A stretch of 64,000 bases of DNA from Phycisphaerae bacterium (GTDB taxonomy: Bacteria; Planctomycetota; Phycisphaerae; SM23-33). The translations under genes and the position numbers were made by a program. The DNA is taken from NCBI GenBank assembly GCA_046541415.1, contig JBKHDI010000003.1, positions 33,879-97,878 on the forward strand, given 5' to 3'. Positions 1-8,558 of this stretch are shown here, piece after piece (positions within the stretch are counted from its first letter, which is position 1; every line of letters starts with the position of its first letter). The notes beneath the pieces are model-generated. The model was not told where the DNA came from. It made no database searches and saw nothing but the letters and a program-made list of their open reading frames with translations.

Positions 1-867
1 CGGGTCAAGGACCTCTCGGCCAAGGCGACGATGCAGAAGTACTCCGGCGAAGGGGACATCACCACGAAGGTCAAGGACAAGAAGCAGCTGGAGGAAGACA
101 TCCAGCGCAGCCACATGGTCCAGTCCAAGACGTTCCTGGAAAACCAACTGGAGAAGGCAGAGGCCGAATACAAGGCCGACCCCACCGTGCCCGGCAAGGT
201 TACCGCCTACGTCGAGGCCCTGATGCGCATGGACGACCCGAGCTATGAGAACACCGCCATCGACGTGCTCCGGCGGGCCCACAACGAGACGGGCAGCTAC
301 AACTGGAAGATGCGCATCGGCGATATCAAGATGAAGCAGATGACCCGGCGCCGCCGGGAACTGCTCAAACGAGGCGACAAGAAAGCTGCCCTGGAAGAGG
401 CCAAGCGCCAACTGGCCTTCGAACTGGAGGAATTCCAGGAGCGGGTGGTCAACTACCCGACCGATCTGGCGCTGAAGTACGAGCTGGGCCGACGCCAGTT
501 CGCCGCGGCTGCCTTTGATTCCTCGAAGCTCGATGACGCGATCGGCTCGCTCCAGCAGGCCCGGCGGGACCCGCGACGGCGGATCGACGCGATGACGCTG
601 ATGGCCCAGGCCTTCGCCAAGAAGGAATGGTACACCGAAGCGGCCGACACCTACCGCCAGTTGCTGGAAGGGGAACTGACCGAGGAGCACGAGAAGAACA
701 TCCGCTACAGCCTCGGCGAGGCCTTGATGCAAATGGACAAGCCCGACGAGGCCGAAGACCAGTTCTCCCAGGTCGCCCAGATCGACTACAACTTCAAGGA
801 CGTCCGCAAGAAGCTCGAAGTCCTGCGTAACCGCGACAAGGGTCAGGCCCACTCTGATTCGGAATGA
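1..867 (+). CDS. TPR-like helical repeat protein, 5'-truncated at window edge
   Basis: The frame is open from nt 1 through the ATG at 31 to the stop at 867. The product is helical, K/E/R-rich and repeat-like (AEAEYKAD..., YRQLLEGELTEE...). No catalytic motif is recognised. Confidence 0.45.
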   Translation, partial: RVKDLSAKATMQKYSGEGDITTKVKDKKQLEEDIQRSHMVQSKTFLENQLEKAEAEYKADPTVPGKVTAYVEALMRMDDPSYENTAIDVLRRAHNETGSYNWKMRIGDIKMKQMTRRRRELLKRGDKKAALEEAKRQLAFELEEFQERVVNYPTDLALKYELGRRQFAAAAFDSSKLDDAIGSLQQARRDPRRRIDAMTLMAQAFAKKEWYTEAADTYRQLLEGELTEEHEKNIRYSLGEALMQMDKPDEAEDQFSQVAQIDYNFKDVRKKLEVLRNRDKGQAHSDSE

Positions 868-1011
868 CCCTGTCCGGCCTGGCCCCGGCCTGCCGGCGAG
901 CCGGGGCCCCAGCCGCCCGCCCATTGCCGCCTTGACCCCCGGCGGCCAGGCCGCTAGACTCACCGGGCCCCCTTTTGGTCCGCAGAACCCCTGACAGGAG
1001 TCAACATAGAC

Positions 1012-2124
1012 ATGACAACGCACAAAGTTGCACTGATCCGCGGAGACGGCGTGGGCCCCGAACTGGCCCAGGCCGCCAAACGCTGCCTGGACGCCGCCCT
1101 GGCCGCCACCGACGGAGCAGGCAAAATCGAATGGACGACCTGCGAAGCCGGCGTGGACATCATGGAAACCGCGGGCACGCCCATGCCCGACGAGACCATC
1201 CAGGCCGTCCGCGATGCCGATGCGACCCTCAAAGCCCCCATCACCACCCCCATCGGCACGGGGTTCCGGTCGGTCAACGTCCTGCTGCGACAGACCCTCG
1301 ACCTCTACTGCTGCCTGCGACCCTGCAAGAGCTACAAGGGCGTTCGCAGCAAGTACGACGAGATCGACCTGGTCCTGGTCCGCGAAAACTGCGAAGACCT
1401 CTACGCCGGCGTCGAGTTCGAGAAAGGAACCAAGCAAGTCGGCGAGTTGATCGAAACGGTCAACCGCCTCTCGGCGGACAAGAAGGTCAAGACCCCGGCC
1501 GAGACCACCGGCGTGTCGATCAAGCCCATCAGCGTCCAGAACACCGAGCGGATCGTCCGCTTCGCCTTCGAGTACGCCCGCAAGCACAACCGCAGGAAGG
1601 TGACCTTCGTCGAGAAGGCCAACATCATGAAGTACACCGACGGGCTGTTCAAATCCGTCGCCGAACAGGTCGCCAAGGACTATCCGGACATCGAGTCCGA
1701 GGAACGCCTCATCGACAACATGTGCATGCAGCTGGTCCAGAAGCCCGAGCTCTACGACGTGATCGTCACCGAGAACCTCTACGGCGATATCCTCTCGGAC
1801 CTCTGCGCGGGCCTGGTTGGCGGGCTCGGCGTGGCCCCGGGTGCGAATATCGGCGTGGACAATGCCGTCTTCGAGGCCACCCACGGCTCGGCCCCGAAAT
1901 ACAAGGGCATGAACAAGGTCAACCCCACAGCGCTGATCCTCTCGGGCATGCTCATGCTCGACTACCTCGGCGAGACGCAGGCGGCCAAGAACCTCGAATC
2001 CGCCATCGCCAAGGTCGTCGAAGAGGGCAAGGACGTGACCTACGACATGAAGCCCCATCGCGACGACCCCACGGCTGTGGGAACCAGCGAAATGGCCGAC
2101 GCGATCATCACGGCGATGGACTGA
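1012..2124 (+). CDS. icd: isocitrate dehydrogenase (isocitrate/isopropylmalate dehydrogenase family)
   Basis: 370 aa. ATG at 1012 is preceded by caggag. The N-terminal [13 protein letters not shown] and the motif [26 protein letters not shown] are typical of beta-decarboxylating dehydrogenases. Confidence 0.8.
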   Translation: MTTHKVALIRGDGVGPELAQAAKRCLDAALAATDGAGKIEWTTCEAGVDIMETAGTPMPDETIQAVRDADATLKAPITTPIGTGFRSVNVLLRQTLDLYCCLRPCKSYKGVRSKYDEIDLVLVRENCEDLYAGVEFEKGTKQVGELIETVNRLSADKKVKTPAETTGVSIKPISVQNTERIVRFAFEYARKHNRRKVTFVEKANIMKYTDGLFKSVAEQVAKDYPDIESEERLIDNMCMQLVQKPELYDVIVTENLYGDILSDLCAGLVGGLGVAPGANIGVDNAVFEATHGSAPKYKGMNKVNPTALILSGMLMLDYLGETQAAKNLESAIAKVVEEGKDVTYDMKPHRDDPTAVGTSEMADAIITAMD

Positions 2125-2162
2125 CCTCCGCCCGCCGACAGGCCGACAGACCCACTCCAGAC

Positions 2163-2196
2163 GGGACGCAGAGGGCAACTCTGCGTCCCGTTTCTC
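2163..2196 (+). terminator. intrinsic terminator-like hairpin after icd
   Basis: gggacgcagag-ggcaa-ctctgcgtccc forms a perfect 11-bp stem and is followed by gtttctcgtcc. Confidence 0.5.
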
Positions 2197-2390
2197 GTCC
2201 GGACCTCTCTGGGGCCCAGGCCATATCGAACTATTGCCAGAACCAACCTGTCGCAACCAGATTAGAACAGGACAAATCAGCTTGACCCCTGCAAGCAACT
2301 TCGGCCTGAACGGCAGGTGCGGGCGAACGACCGACGGCTGGGCTTTTGTTCTGCCCCGCCGGGGGCGCCTTCGGGTAGGATAAAAGCGAT

Positions 2391-3452
2391 ATGGACCCGC
2401 AGAGAATCCACCGAATCATGAGCGGGCAGGACCGTTCAGCGGCCGCGCGCCTGCTGCGATGCGCGCTGGCAGGGGCGTCTCTGCCCTATGCAGCCGCAAC
2501 GTGGTTGCGACGCCGACTCTACCGATGGGGCGTTTTTCGGTCCAGCCGCGCCAAGGTGCCGGTCATCTGCGTGGGCAACCTGACCACCGGCGGAACGGGT
2601 AAGAGCCCGATGGTCGCCTGGGTGGTCGACGCCCTGCAGCAGATGGGTCACAGGCCGGCGATCCTCTCCCGCGGATACAAGGCCTGCAACGGCAGGAGCG
2701 ACGAGGCTGAGATGCTCTGGCGCCAGACCGCGGCGGAGGTCTTCATCGGTTCGGACCGGGTCGCCTCGGCCGCCCGGGCCGTCGAGGAAGGCAGCGACGT
2801 GCTGGTCATGGACGACGGGTTCCAGCACCTCAAACTCGCCCGCGACCTGAACATCGTGCTGATCGACGCGATCAACCCGTTCGGCTATGGCTGGACGCTG
2901 CCGCGTGGCATGGCCCGCGAGCCCCGCGGGGCGCTGAGCGATGCAGACGTCGTCGTCATCACCCACTGCGACCGGATTCAGCCGGAGCGACTGGAAAGCC
3001 TCTCAGCCCATCTGGAACGCCTGGCCCCCCAGGCCATGCACTGCTGGGCCGAACACAAGCCCATCGCCGTAATCGACGAGTTCGGCGACTACCGCGACCT
3101 GTCGCTGCTGAAAGGCAAGGACGTTTACGCCTTCGCCGCGATCGCCAACCCTGAGCAGTTCTTCCAGACCGCCGGCGATCTCAGGGCCGAGCTTCGCGGG
3201 CAACTGGGCCTGGCTGACCACGCAGAACTTACGGGCAGAACGATCGAATCGATCAACACCCAAGCCGGCCGCAGCGGCGCCTCGGTCCTGCTGACGACGC
3301 AGAAAGACTTCGCCCGCCTCAGCCGGACCGATTTCGCCCTGCCCCTCTGGCAGATCGCCATCGAGATCGACCTGTTCGACTCGCAGCAGCAGTTGATCGA
3401 GCGAATCGCCCGTACAATCGGCGAACCGACGGGGCTCGAATCGGCCGAATGA
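2391..3452 (+). CDS. lpxK: tetraacyldisaccharide 4'-kinase
   Basis: 353 aa with a P-loop VICVGNLTTGGTGKSP and the motifs ILSRGYK and DDGFQH, all typical of LpxK. Confidence 0.85.
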   Translation: MDPQRIHRIMSGQDRSAAARLLRCALAGASLPYAAATWLRRRLYRWGVFRSSRAKVPVICVGNLTTGGTGKSPMVAWVVDALQQMGHRPAILSRGYKACNGRSDEAEMLWRQTAAEVFIGSDRVASAARAVEEGSDVLVMDDGFQHLKLARDLNIVLIDAINPFGYGWTLPRGMAREPRGALSDADVVVITHCDRIQPERLESLSAHLERLAPQAMHCWAEHKPIAVIDEFGDYRDLSLLKGKDVYAFAAIANPEQFFQTAGDLRAELRGQLGLADHAELTGRTIESINTQAGRSGASVLLTTQKDFARLSRTDFALPLWQIAIEIDLFDSQQQLIERIARTIGEPTGLESAE

Positions 3453-3613
3453 TTGCAGCCGGACCGGCCAGAGCGTAGAATCCCGCAACCGGCAGCTGTA
3501 GTTGCCTCGGGAGTCTGCAGTCAGGCCGACGGTTGGTCCGATACATAGCTGGGACCCCGACAGCCGAAATGCCGGGCCGGGCCGCAAGAGAACATCCTTT
3601 GGAAACGAGGCCG

Positions 3614-5032
3614 ATGATGGCAAAGCGTGCCGTCTTCCTCGACCGCGACAACACGATCATCGACGATCCGGGTTACCTCTCCGACCCCAATGCGGTCAAG
3701 CTGTTGCCCGGGGTGGAACTGGCCATCAAGTCCTTCGCCCAGGCGGGCTTTACCGTGGTGGTGGTGACCAACCAGTCTGCCGTCGCACGCGGGATGATTA
3801 CCGAAGAGATGCTCGACGAGATCCACGACGAGATGCGGCGCCAGCTGACCGGCAAGGGTGCCCGCATCGACGGGATCTACTACTGCCCCTACCACCCGGA
3901 AGGCTCGGTCGAGGCCTACGCCAAAGACTCCGAACTGCGAAAGCCCCGCCCGGGCATGCTTCTCAAGGCCGCCAAGGAAATGAACATCGACCTGGCCGCC
4001 AGTTGGATGATCGGCGACAGCCCGCGCGATGTCGAGGCCGGCAAACGCGCCGGCTGCAAGACCATCCGCATCCGCCTGCCCAAGGGCAAAGCCAACGGGC
4101 AGCCGGAGACACCCGACAACGCCGACTTCTACGTCCGCAACCTCGTCGACGCAGCCCGCGTTGTCATGCGGGAGATCAAGAACCCCACCGTCGCTCCGCC
4201 CAGCTCTGCCCAGACCGCCTCTGCCAGCGCCGCAGCGGAAACCGTCGCCGCCCCCGCACCGCAGAGCCCGGCACAGGCGCCCAGGCCCAAACCCGCCCCG
4301 CAGGCAGCCCAGCCGCCCCGGACAGCCCAGTCCAGACCCCCGGAGCAGAACCAGCCCCCATCCCCGGCCGCCGAGCAGCGAGAAAAGCAGGCCGCCGCCC
4401 AACCGCCCCTGCCGCTGGGCATCGAGGCGATCCACCAGCCACCGGCGGCCTCTGCCCGCAAGCCAAAGGCACAGACCATCCAGGCCCGGCAGGAAGCCCA
4501 GCACCAGCCCGCCCAGGACCAGGCCAGAAAGCCCCAGCCGGACCAGGCCGACCAACAGGCCCCGCAGAGTCAACCGGCTGAACCCGAGGCCCAGGCCCAA
4601 GCACCTGCCGCCGACGCGCAGCAACCGCCGCAACCCGATTCGTCCCAGGAGCAAGACATGGCCCCGACCGCACCGGCCAATCCACAGCCCCAGCCTGCCA
4701 GCAACTCCGCCCAGCGGCGACCGACCCAACCGGCGCCCGCACCGGCGATGGACGATCCCCAAACCCAGCGCGGCGACGACGAACGCCTCGCCGCCGCCAT
4801 CTTCCGGCAGATGCAGGAGAACGCACAGTTTGCCGAAGCGCCGCCCGAAAAGTTCTGCCTCTCCAAGCTCTTCGCCGCCGTCATCCAGGTCGTCGCCGGC
4901 ATCGTCCTGCTGTTTGTCATCAGCCGCATCCTCACCGGTTCCGACCCCACCAATGCCATTCTCTGGGCCCTGGTGGCCATCGTTCTGCAAGTGATGGCCC
5001 TGACTTTTTACGTAATGAAACCGAACCAATAG
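3614..5032 (+). CDS. gmhB: HAD-IIIA phosphatase (GmhB-like) fused to a long P/A/Q-rich disordered region and C-terminal transmembrane helices
   Basis: The start MMAKRAV at 3614 is in frame with track ORF 3533. FLDRDNTII, VVVTNQS and GDSPRDVEAG are HAD motifs I-IV of the GmhB type. A ~250-aa low-complexity PAQ-rich stretch follows. The C-terminal 60 aa form two hydrophobic helices (VIQVVAGIVLLFVISRI ... ILWALVAIVLQVMALTFYV). Confidence 0.7.
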   Translation: MMAKRAVFLDRDNTIIDDPGYLSDPNAVKLLPGVELAIKSFAQAGFTVVVVTNQSAVARGMITEEMLDEIHDEMRRQLTGKGARIDGIYYCPYHPEGSVEAYAKDSELRKPRPGMLLKAAKEMNIDLAASWMIGDSPRDVEAGKRAGCKTIRIRLPKGKANGQPETPDNADFYVRNLVDAARVVMREIKNPTVAPPSSAQTASASAAAETVAAPAPQSPAQAPRPKPAPQAAQPPRTAQSRPPEQNQPPSPAAEQREKQAAAQPPLPLGIEAIHQPPAASARKPKAQTIQARQEAQHQPAQDQARKPQPDQADQQAPQSQPAEPEAQAQAPAADAQQPPQPDSSQEQDMAPTAPANPQPQPASNSAQRRPTQPAPAPAMDDPQTQRGDDERLAAAIFRQMQENAQFAEAPPEKFCLSKLFAAVIQVVAGIVLLFVISRILTGSDPTNAILWALVAIVLQVMALTFYVMKPNQ

Positions 5033-5113
5033 GGCCCCCGGGCTGTCTATACTGGATAGACACAAAGGCCCGGCGCGGCCAACGGAAAAACCCGCAGCAA
5101 GTGAGGTACTCTT

Positions 5114-6289
5114 ATGCGCACCAGACAAGTTGTCCTTTTTCTCGCCCTTGCTCTTGCCATCGCCGCCCCGGCAGCGGCCCGGGATGAAGCGGTCGTCCAG
5201 CCCGCTCACCCGCACATGGACATCGAGCACACCGTCAAGGCCCAGCAACTGCTGAACCAGGGAGCCAGGTTCCTGGTCAGCCAGGAGAAGGAAGGCGGCG
5301 GCTGGAGCCTGATGGGCCCGTCGGACCCGGCCATTACCGGCCTGGTCGTCCGCGCCCTGCTGAACCACCCCGACTACGACGTGAAGAGCCCGATCATCCA
5401 GCGCGGCATCAAGGTGATTCTCGCCAACCAACAGGAAGATGGGGGCATCTATAACCCCCGAATCGGCCAACAGAATTACACCACGGCCATCGGAATCATG
5501 GCCTTGGCAGCCACGCGCGACCCGCAGTACAAAGACGAGATCGAAAAGGCCATCGGCTATATCAAGAAGATCCAGATCGTCCCCGGCTCGCAGAGCCCCT
5601 CGGGCGGCAAGGTCTCCGAAGGACATCCGTTTGTCGGTGGGACCAGTTACGGCAAGCACGGCAGGCCCGACCTGAGCAACCTGGGCTTCTCGTCCGAGGC
5701 GCTGCACCAGGCCGGAGTCAAGCCCGACGACCCGTTCTTCCAGAACGCCCTGGTCTTCGCGTCCAACACCCAGAACCTCCGCGAGACGAACAAGCTGGCC
5801 TGGGTCGACCAGATCGGCACGAACGACGGCGGGTTCATCTACGCCCCGGCCCTGGGGTCCGACATCACCCAGCCGGAGTCCAAGGCAGGCGGCGGGCGAA
5901 GCTACGGCTCGATGACCTACACCGGTTTCAAGACGCTGCTCTACGCCGGCGTGGACAAGAACGACCCCCGCGTCAAGGGCGCCTACAACTGGATCCGTCG
6001 CTACTGGCGCCTGGATACCAACCCCAACATGCCCAACGCCCAGAGCAAGGAAGGGTTGTACTACTACTACCACGTGTTCTCCAAGGCCCTTGAGGCCTAC
6101 GGCCAGCCGGTGATCACCGACACCAAGGGCCAGAAGCACAACTGGCGCGAAGAGCTGGTCGACATCCTGGCCAAAAAGGTCAACGACAACGGCTCGTGGG
6201 ACAACGACACCCAGCGCTGGTTCGAGGACAATCCGATCCTCTGCACCGGCTACGTGCTGATGGCCTTGGGTGAAGTGCTCGACAAGTAA
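5114..6289 (+). CDS. secreted prenyltransferase/squalene-oxidase-repeat (terpenoid cyclase-fold) protein
   Basis: A signal peptide MRTRQVVLFLALALAIAAPAAA is followed by repeated QxxDGGW/GS-like motifs (EGGGWSL, QEDGGIYNP, TNDGGFIY, NDNGSWDN). Confidence 0.6.
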   Translation: MRTRQVVLFLALALAIAAPAAARDEAVVQPAHPHMDIEHTVKAQQLLNQGARFLVSQEKEGGGWSLMGPSDPAITGLVVRALLNHPDYDVKSPIIQRGIKVILANQQEDGGIYNPRIGQQNYTTAIGIMALAATRDPQYKDEIEKAIGYIKKIQIVPGSQSPSGGKVSEGHPFVGGTSYGKHGRPDLSNLGFSSEALHQAGVKPDDPFFQNALVFASNTQNLRETNKLAWVDQIGTNDGGFIYAPALGSDITQPESKAGGGRSYGSMTYTGFKTLLYAGVDKNDPRVKGAYNWIRRYWRLDTNPNMPNAQSKEGLYYYYHVFSKALEAYGQPVITDTKGQKHNWREELVDILAKKVNDNGSWDNDTQRWFEDNPILCTGYVLMALGEVLDK

Positions 6290-6319
6290 CCGCCGGACGA
6301 TCCTGCCAAGAGAAAAGCA

Positions 6320-6368
6320 GTCGGCCGCGATGCCGCTACCGGACATCGCGGCCGATTCTGTTTGATCC
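6320..6368. terminator. bidirectional terminator hairpin between convergent genes
   Basis: cggccgcgatg-(11 nt loop)-catcgcggccg forms an 11-bp stem. T-rich attctgtttga follows on the plus strand. Confidence 0.5.
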
Positions 6369-6395
6369 CCCCTCAGGCAAACGGCCAGGCGTCGC

Positions 6396-7670
6396 CTAGA
6401 ACACCACGCCCAGGCGGAAGCCCAGGACCACGGCGTCGCCGACGCTGCTGTCGCCGCCCGGGTTCAGGATGTACTGCACCGACGGGGCCACATGCAGCCA
6501 CGGGGTGATCCACGCCTGGTAGTACATCTCCATCGAGGTTTCGTGGGAGGCCGAGAATCCAGCTTCCGGGCTCAGCCGTCCCTGGGCGAGACCGAAGGCG
6601 ACCACGTCGTCGTCGCGTCCGGGCAGCAGGCCCTGGTACTGGGCCCCGAAGCTCCAGAAGCAGCGGATCTCGTTGACGTCGCTGTCAGCCCAGCCATACC
6701 GGGCAAACAGGCCCAGTCCCTGGGTGTCGGCATTGTCGGCTCGCTCTTTGTAGACCATCTGGTCGGCGGAGATGTAAAAGCCGATGTCGTCCCGCTTGCT
6801 TCCGCCGCCAAAGCGGTCCTTCGGTTGGGGGTCATACCACAGCCCAACCCGGTAAGCCCCCTGCATCGGGCCGGTGGGCGAGTTGATCTCCGGAAGGAAT
6901 CCCGTCTCGAGCATGCTGAAGAAGTTGTCCGTGCCGTGGAAGGCGGTTCGGAAACCGGTCTCGCGGACGTCGGCTTCGGCGTCGACCGCGGCGGCCGAGA
7001 TGTACCACGATTCGGTCGGTTCATAGTGGACAATAACGCCCAGCCCCGGATCCGGGAACGGGATGGTGGGGTTGTTGACCAGCGCCCCATTGAGAAACTG
7101 CGTGGCTTCGTCGTTGGCAAAGAGGCTGCCGTCGAACGAGCCGGGGCAATCCCGGCAGGCAAATCCGCCGGTGAGGTCCACCTTACCGACCCTGACGAAC
7201 AACTTGTCTTCCAGCAACGACTGTTCCAGGTAGAGCTGCCAGACGTCGATCGCCCGGTCCCCCACGGCCAACGCGTTGACGCCGGAAATGCTGCCGACCG
7301 ACGACGGGTCCAGCCCCTCGGACCAGCCGCCGCGGGCCAGGGCAAAGACGTGCGCACCGCTCCAGCCCAGCAGGGTATCCAGGTCGGCCTCGACTTCCAG
7401 GTCGTATCGGCCGGACGTTCGACCGGACCGCCGATGCGTGCTCAGTCCGCCTTGGACGTTCTGCTGGTAGACGGTGGTAAAACCGAGATTGACCGAAATG
7501 CCTCTGTCACGGAGCGTCTGGCCGAATCCGAACCAGTCGTTGGTCAATGTCGGGCTCTGCCAGAAGGGATCCCGCATTTCCGGATCTGGTTCAAGCTCTT
7601 CGGCCAGGACAAACCCGGACAGCAGGCAGACGCCTGCTATAACAAGTGCGATACTGCGTATACGTTCCAT
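6396..7670 (-). CDS. oprB: carbohydrate-selective porin, OprB family
   Basis: The ORF is open to 7682, but the second Met (MERIRSIALVIAGVCLLSGFVLA) has a ggag RBS and a signal peptide. The product is beta-barrel-like with aromatic-rich strands and a C-terminal ...GFRLGVVF, similar to OprB-family porins. Confidence 0.65.
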   Translation of the reverse strand: MERIRSIALVIAGVCLLSGFVLAEELEPDPEMRDPFWQSPTLTNDWFGFGQTLRDRGISVNLGFTTVYQQNVQGGLSTHRRSGRTSGRYDLEVEADLDTLLGWSGAHVFALARGGWSEGLDPSSVGSISGVNALAVGDRAIDVWQLYLEQSLLEDKLFVRVGKVDLTGGFACRDCPGSFDGSLFANDEATQFLNGALVNNPTIPFPDPGLGVIVHYEPTESWYISAAAVDAEADVRETGFRTAFHGTDNFFSMLETGFLPEINSPTGPMQGAYRVGLWYDPQPKDRFGGGSKRDDIGFYISADQMVYKERADNADTQGLGLFARYGWADSDVNEIRCFWSFGAQYQGLLPGRDDDVVAFGLAQGRLSPEAGFSASHETSMEMYYQAWITPWLHVAPSVQYILNPGGDSSVGDAVVLGFRLGVVF

Positions 7671-7784
7671 GGATGGCTCCATTACTTGCTGCGGACCCGC
7701 TTGAAAAAAGCGGGAGCAGGGCGAAACGTTCGCTCTGCTCCCTGGCTGGCTTGCGGCTGGCTGGGGCCATGTTGGGTAAAACGA

Positions 7785-7964
7785 CTACTTGTTGAGAATC
7801 AGTTTTCCGTTTCGAGTCAGGCGAAGGCGATAGACCTCGCCCTGGTGGTGGATCAGGACTTCGTCTCTCCGGGCGAACAACTCCGCAGAGTCCAGCCTGC
7901 CGTCTTCGGCAAAATCCCTGGCCGAGTGGCGATGGTTCTTCTGCTGGCGTGGAAATCTATCCAT
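7785..7964 (-). CDS. small hypothetical protein (59 aa), last gene of the feo operon
   Basis: The ATG at 7964 overlaps the DUF2023 stop at 7957-7959 by 8 nt. Sequence is [59 protein letters not shown]. It is below the 60-aa cut-off of the ORF track. Confidence 0.3.
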   Translation of the reverse strand: MDRFPRQQKNHRHSARDFAEDGRLDSAELFARRDEVLIHHQGEVYRLRLTRNGKLILNK

Positions 7965-8370
7965 GTGCGCCTCCGGCGACGAGCTTCAGCCCGGCGGCCG
8001 GGATGTCCAGCTCTTCACTGCGGGACTCCCGGGGCTGGGAGTCGGCGTGGGCCTGTTTCTGCCGCAGCCGGATATACCGCACGCACTGTTGGCGACGGTC
8101 GTAGCCCAGCATGGTCCCGAGGATGAAGTCTTCTTCCGGGGTGTAATCGCTCAGCCGCGATTTGCCGATCGCCTCGATCACGGCGACGCACTCGTCGGCG
8201 CCGAAGAACACGTTGATATTGCCGTTGGCCAGGTCGCAGACCTTGTGGGCGATCGACTCCTTGGTCAGCTTTTCTTCCACGCATTCCCGCCGGCTGCCCG
8301 GCAGGGTGTGCAGCACCAGGCTCCGCAATCCTTTGCGATATTCATATAGATGATGCAGGAATACCTTCAC
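7957..8370 (-). CDS. DUF2023 family protein
   Basis: GTG start. [22 protein letters not shown]... matches the DUF2023 N-terminal signature. The start lies 1 nt after the stop of the Cys-rich peptide gene. Confidence 0.55.
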   Translation of the reverse strand: MKVFLHHLYEYRKGLRSLVLHTLPGSRRECVEEKLTKESIAHKVCDLANGNINVFFGADECVAVIEAIGKSRLSDYTPEEDFILGTMLGYDRRQQCVRYIRLRQKQAHADSQPRESRSEELDIPAAGLKLVAGGAHG

Positions 8371-8371
8371 G

Positions 8372-8539
8372 TCACTGCTCCTTGAACATGTTTTCTGTCG
8401 GGCAGTGGCCGCCGTCCCGGCTGGGCCCGCAGCCGCGACACCCGTCGCAGCCGCTCTTGCCCGTCGCCCCGCGGTAGAGCGTGTAGCCCACGGCCGCGGC
8501 GGCGACCGTCACGATGCCGATTACGATCGCTGTTTCCAT
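8372..8539 (-). CDS. FeoB-associated Cys-rich membrane peptide (55 aa)
   Basis: I translated this by hand in the frame not used by track ORF 8367..8549. The product is METAIVIGIVTVAAAAVGYTLYRGATGKSGCDGCRGCGPSRDGGHCPTENMFKEQ: one TM helix followed by a CxxCxxC..HC tail, which is the architecture of the FeoB-associated Cys-rich (p12-like) family. It sits 20 nt downstream of feoB. Confidence 0.6.
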   Translation of the reverse strand: METAIVIGIVTVAAAAVGYTLYRGATGKSGCDGCRGCGPSRDGGHCPTENMFKEQ

Positions 8540-8558
8540 GGTATCTCACCTTTCCGGG

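Noticed and set aside
975-2285. 436-aa Arg/Pro/Gly-rich ORF overlapping icd in another frame, and similar off-frame ORFs at 4029-4994 and 4176-4826
   Set aside because: They are compositional shadows of real genes. icd and the gmhB fusion in the other frames carry clear catalytic motifs.
5040-5075. Inverted repeat tgtctat-actgg-atagaca downstream of the gmhB-fusion stop
   Set aside because: The 7-bp arms are AT-rich with weak flanking GC pairing and no U-tract. It could be a minor hairpin or operator, but support is too thin to annotate.
3521-6346. 941-aa minus-strand ORF antisense to the gmhB-fusion and the PT/SQ-repeat gene
   Set aside because: It has an extreme Gly/Arg/Leu/Val composition with no domain. 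It runs antisense to two well-supported genes, which is the typical high-GC stop-codon-free shadow frame.
8367-8549. Track ORF encoding a 60-aa Arg-rich peptide (MRYHGNSDRNRHRDGRRRG...)
   Set aside because: A different frame over the same nucleotides gives a TM helix plus Cys-rich tail matching FeoB-associated peptides with operon-consistent start and stop. The Arg-rich frame is the usual GC-rich off-frame product.
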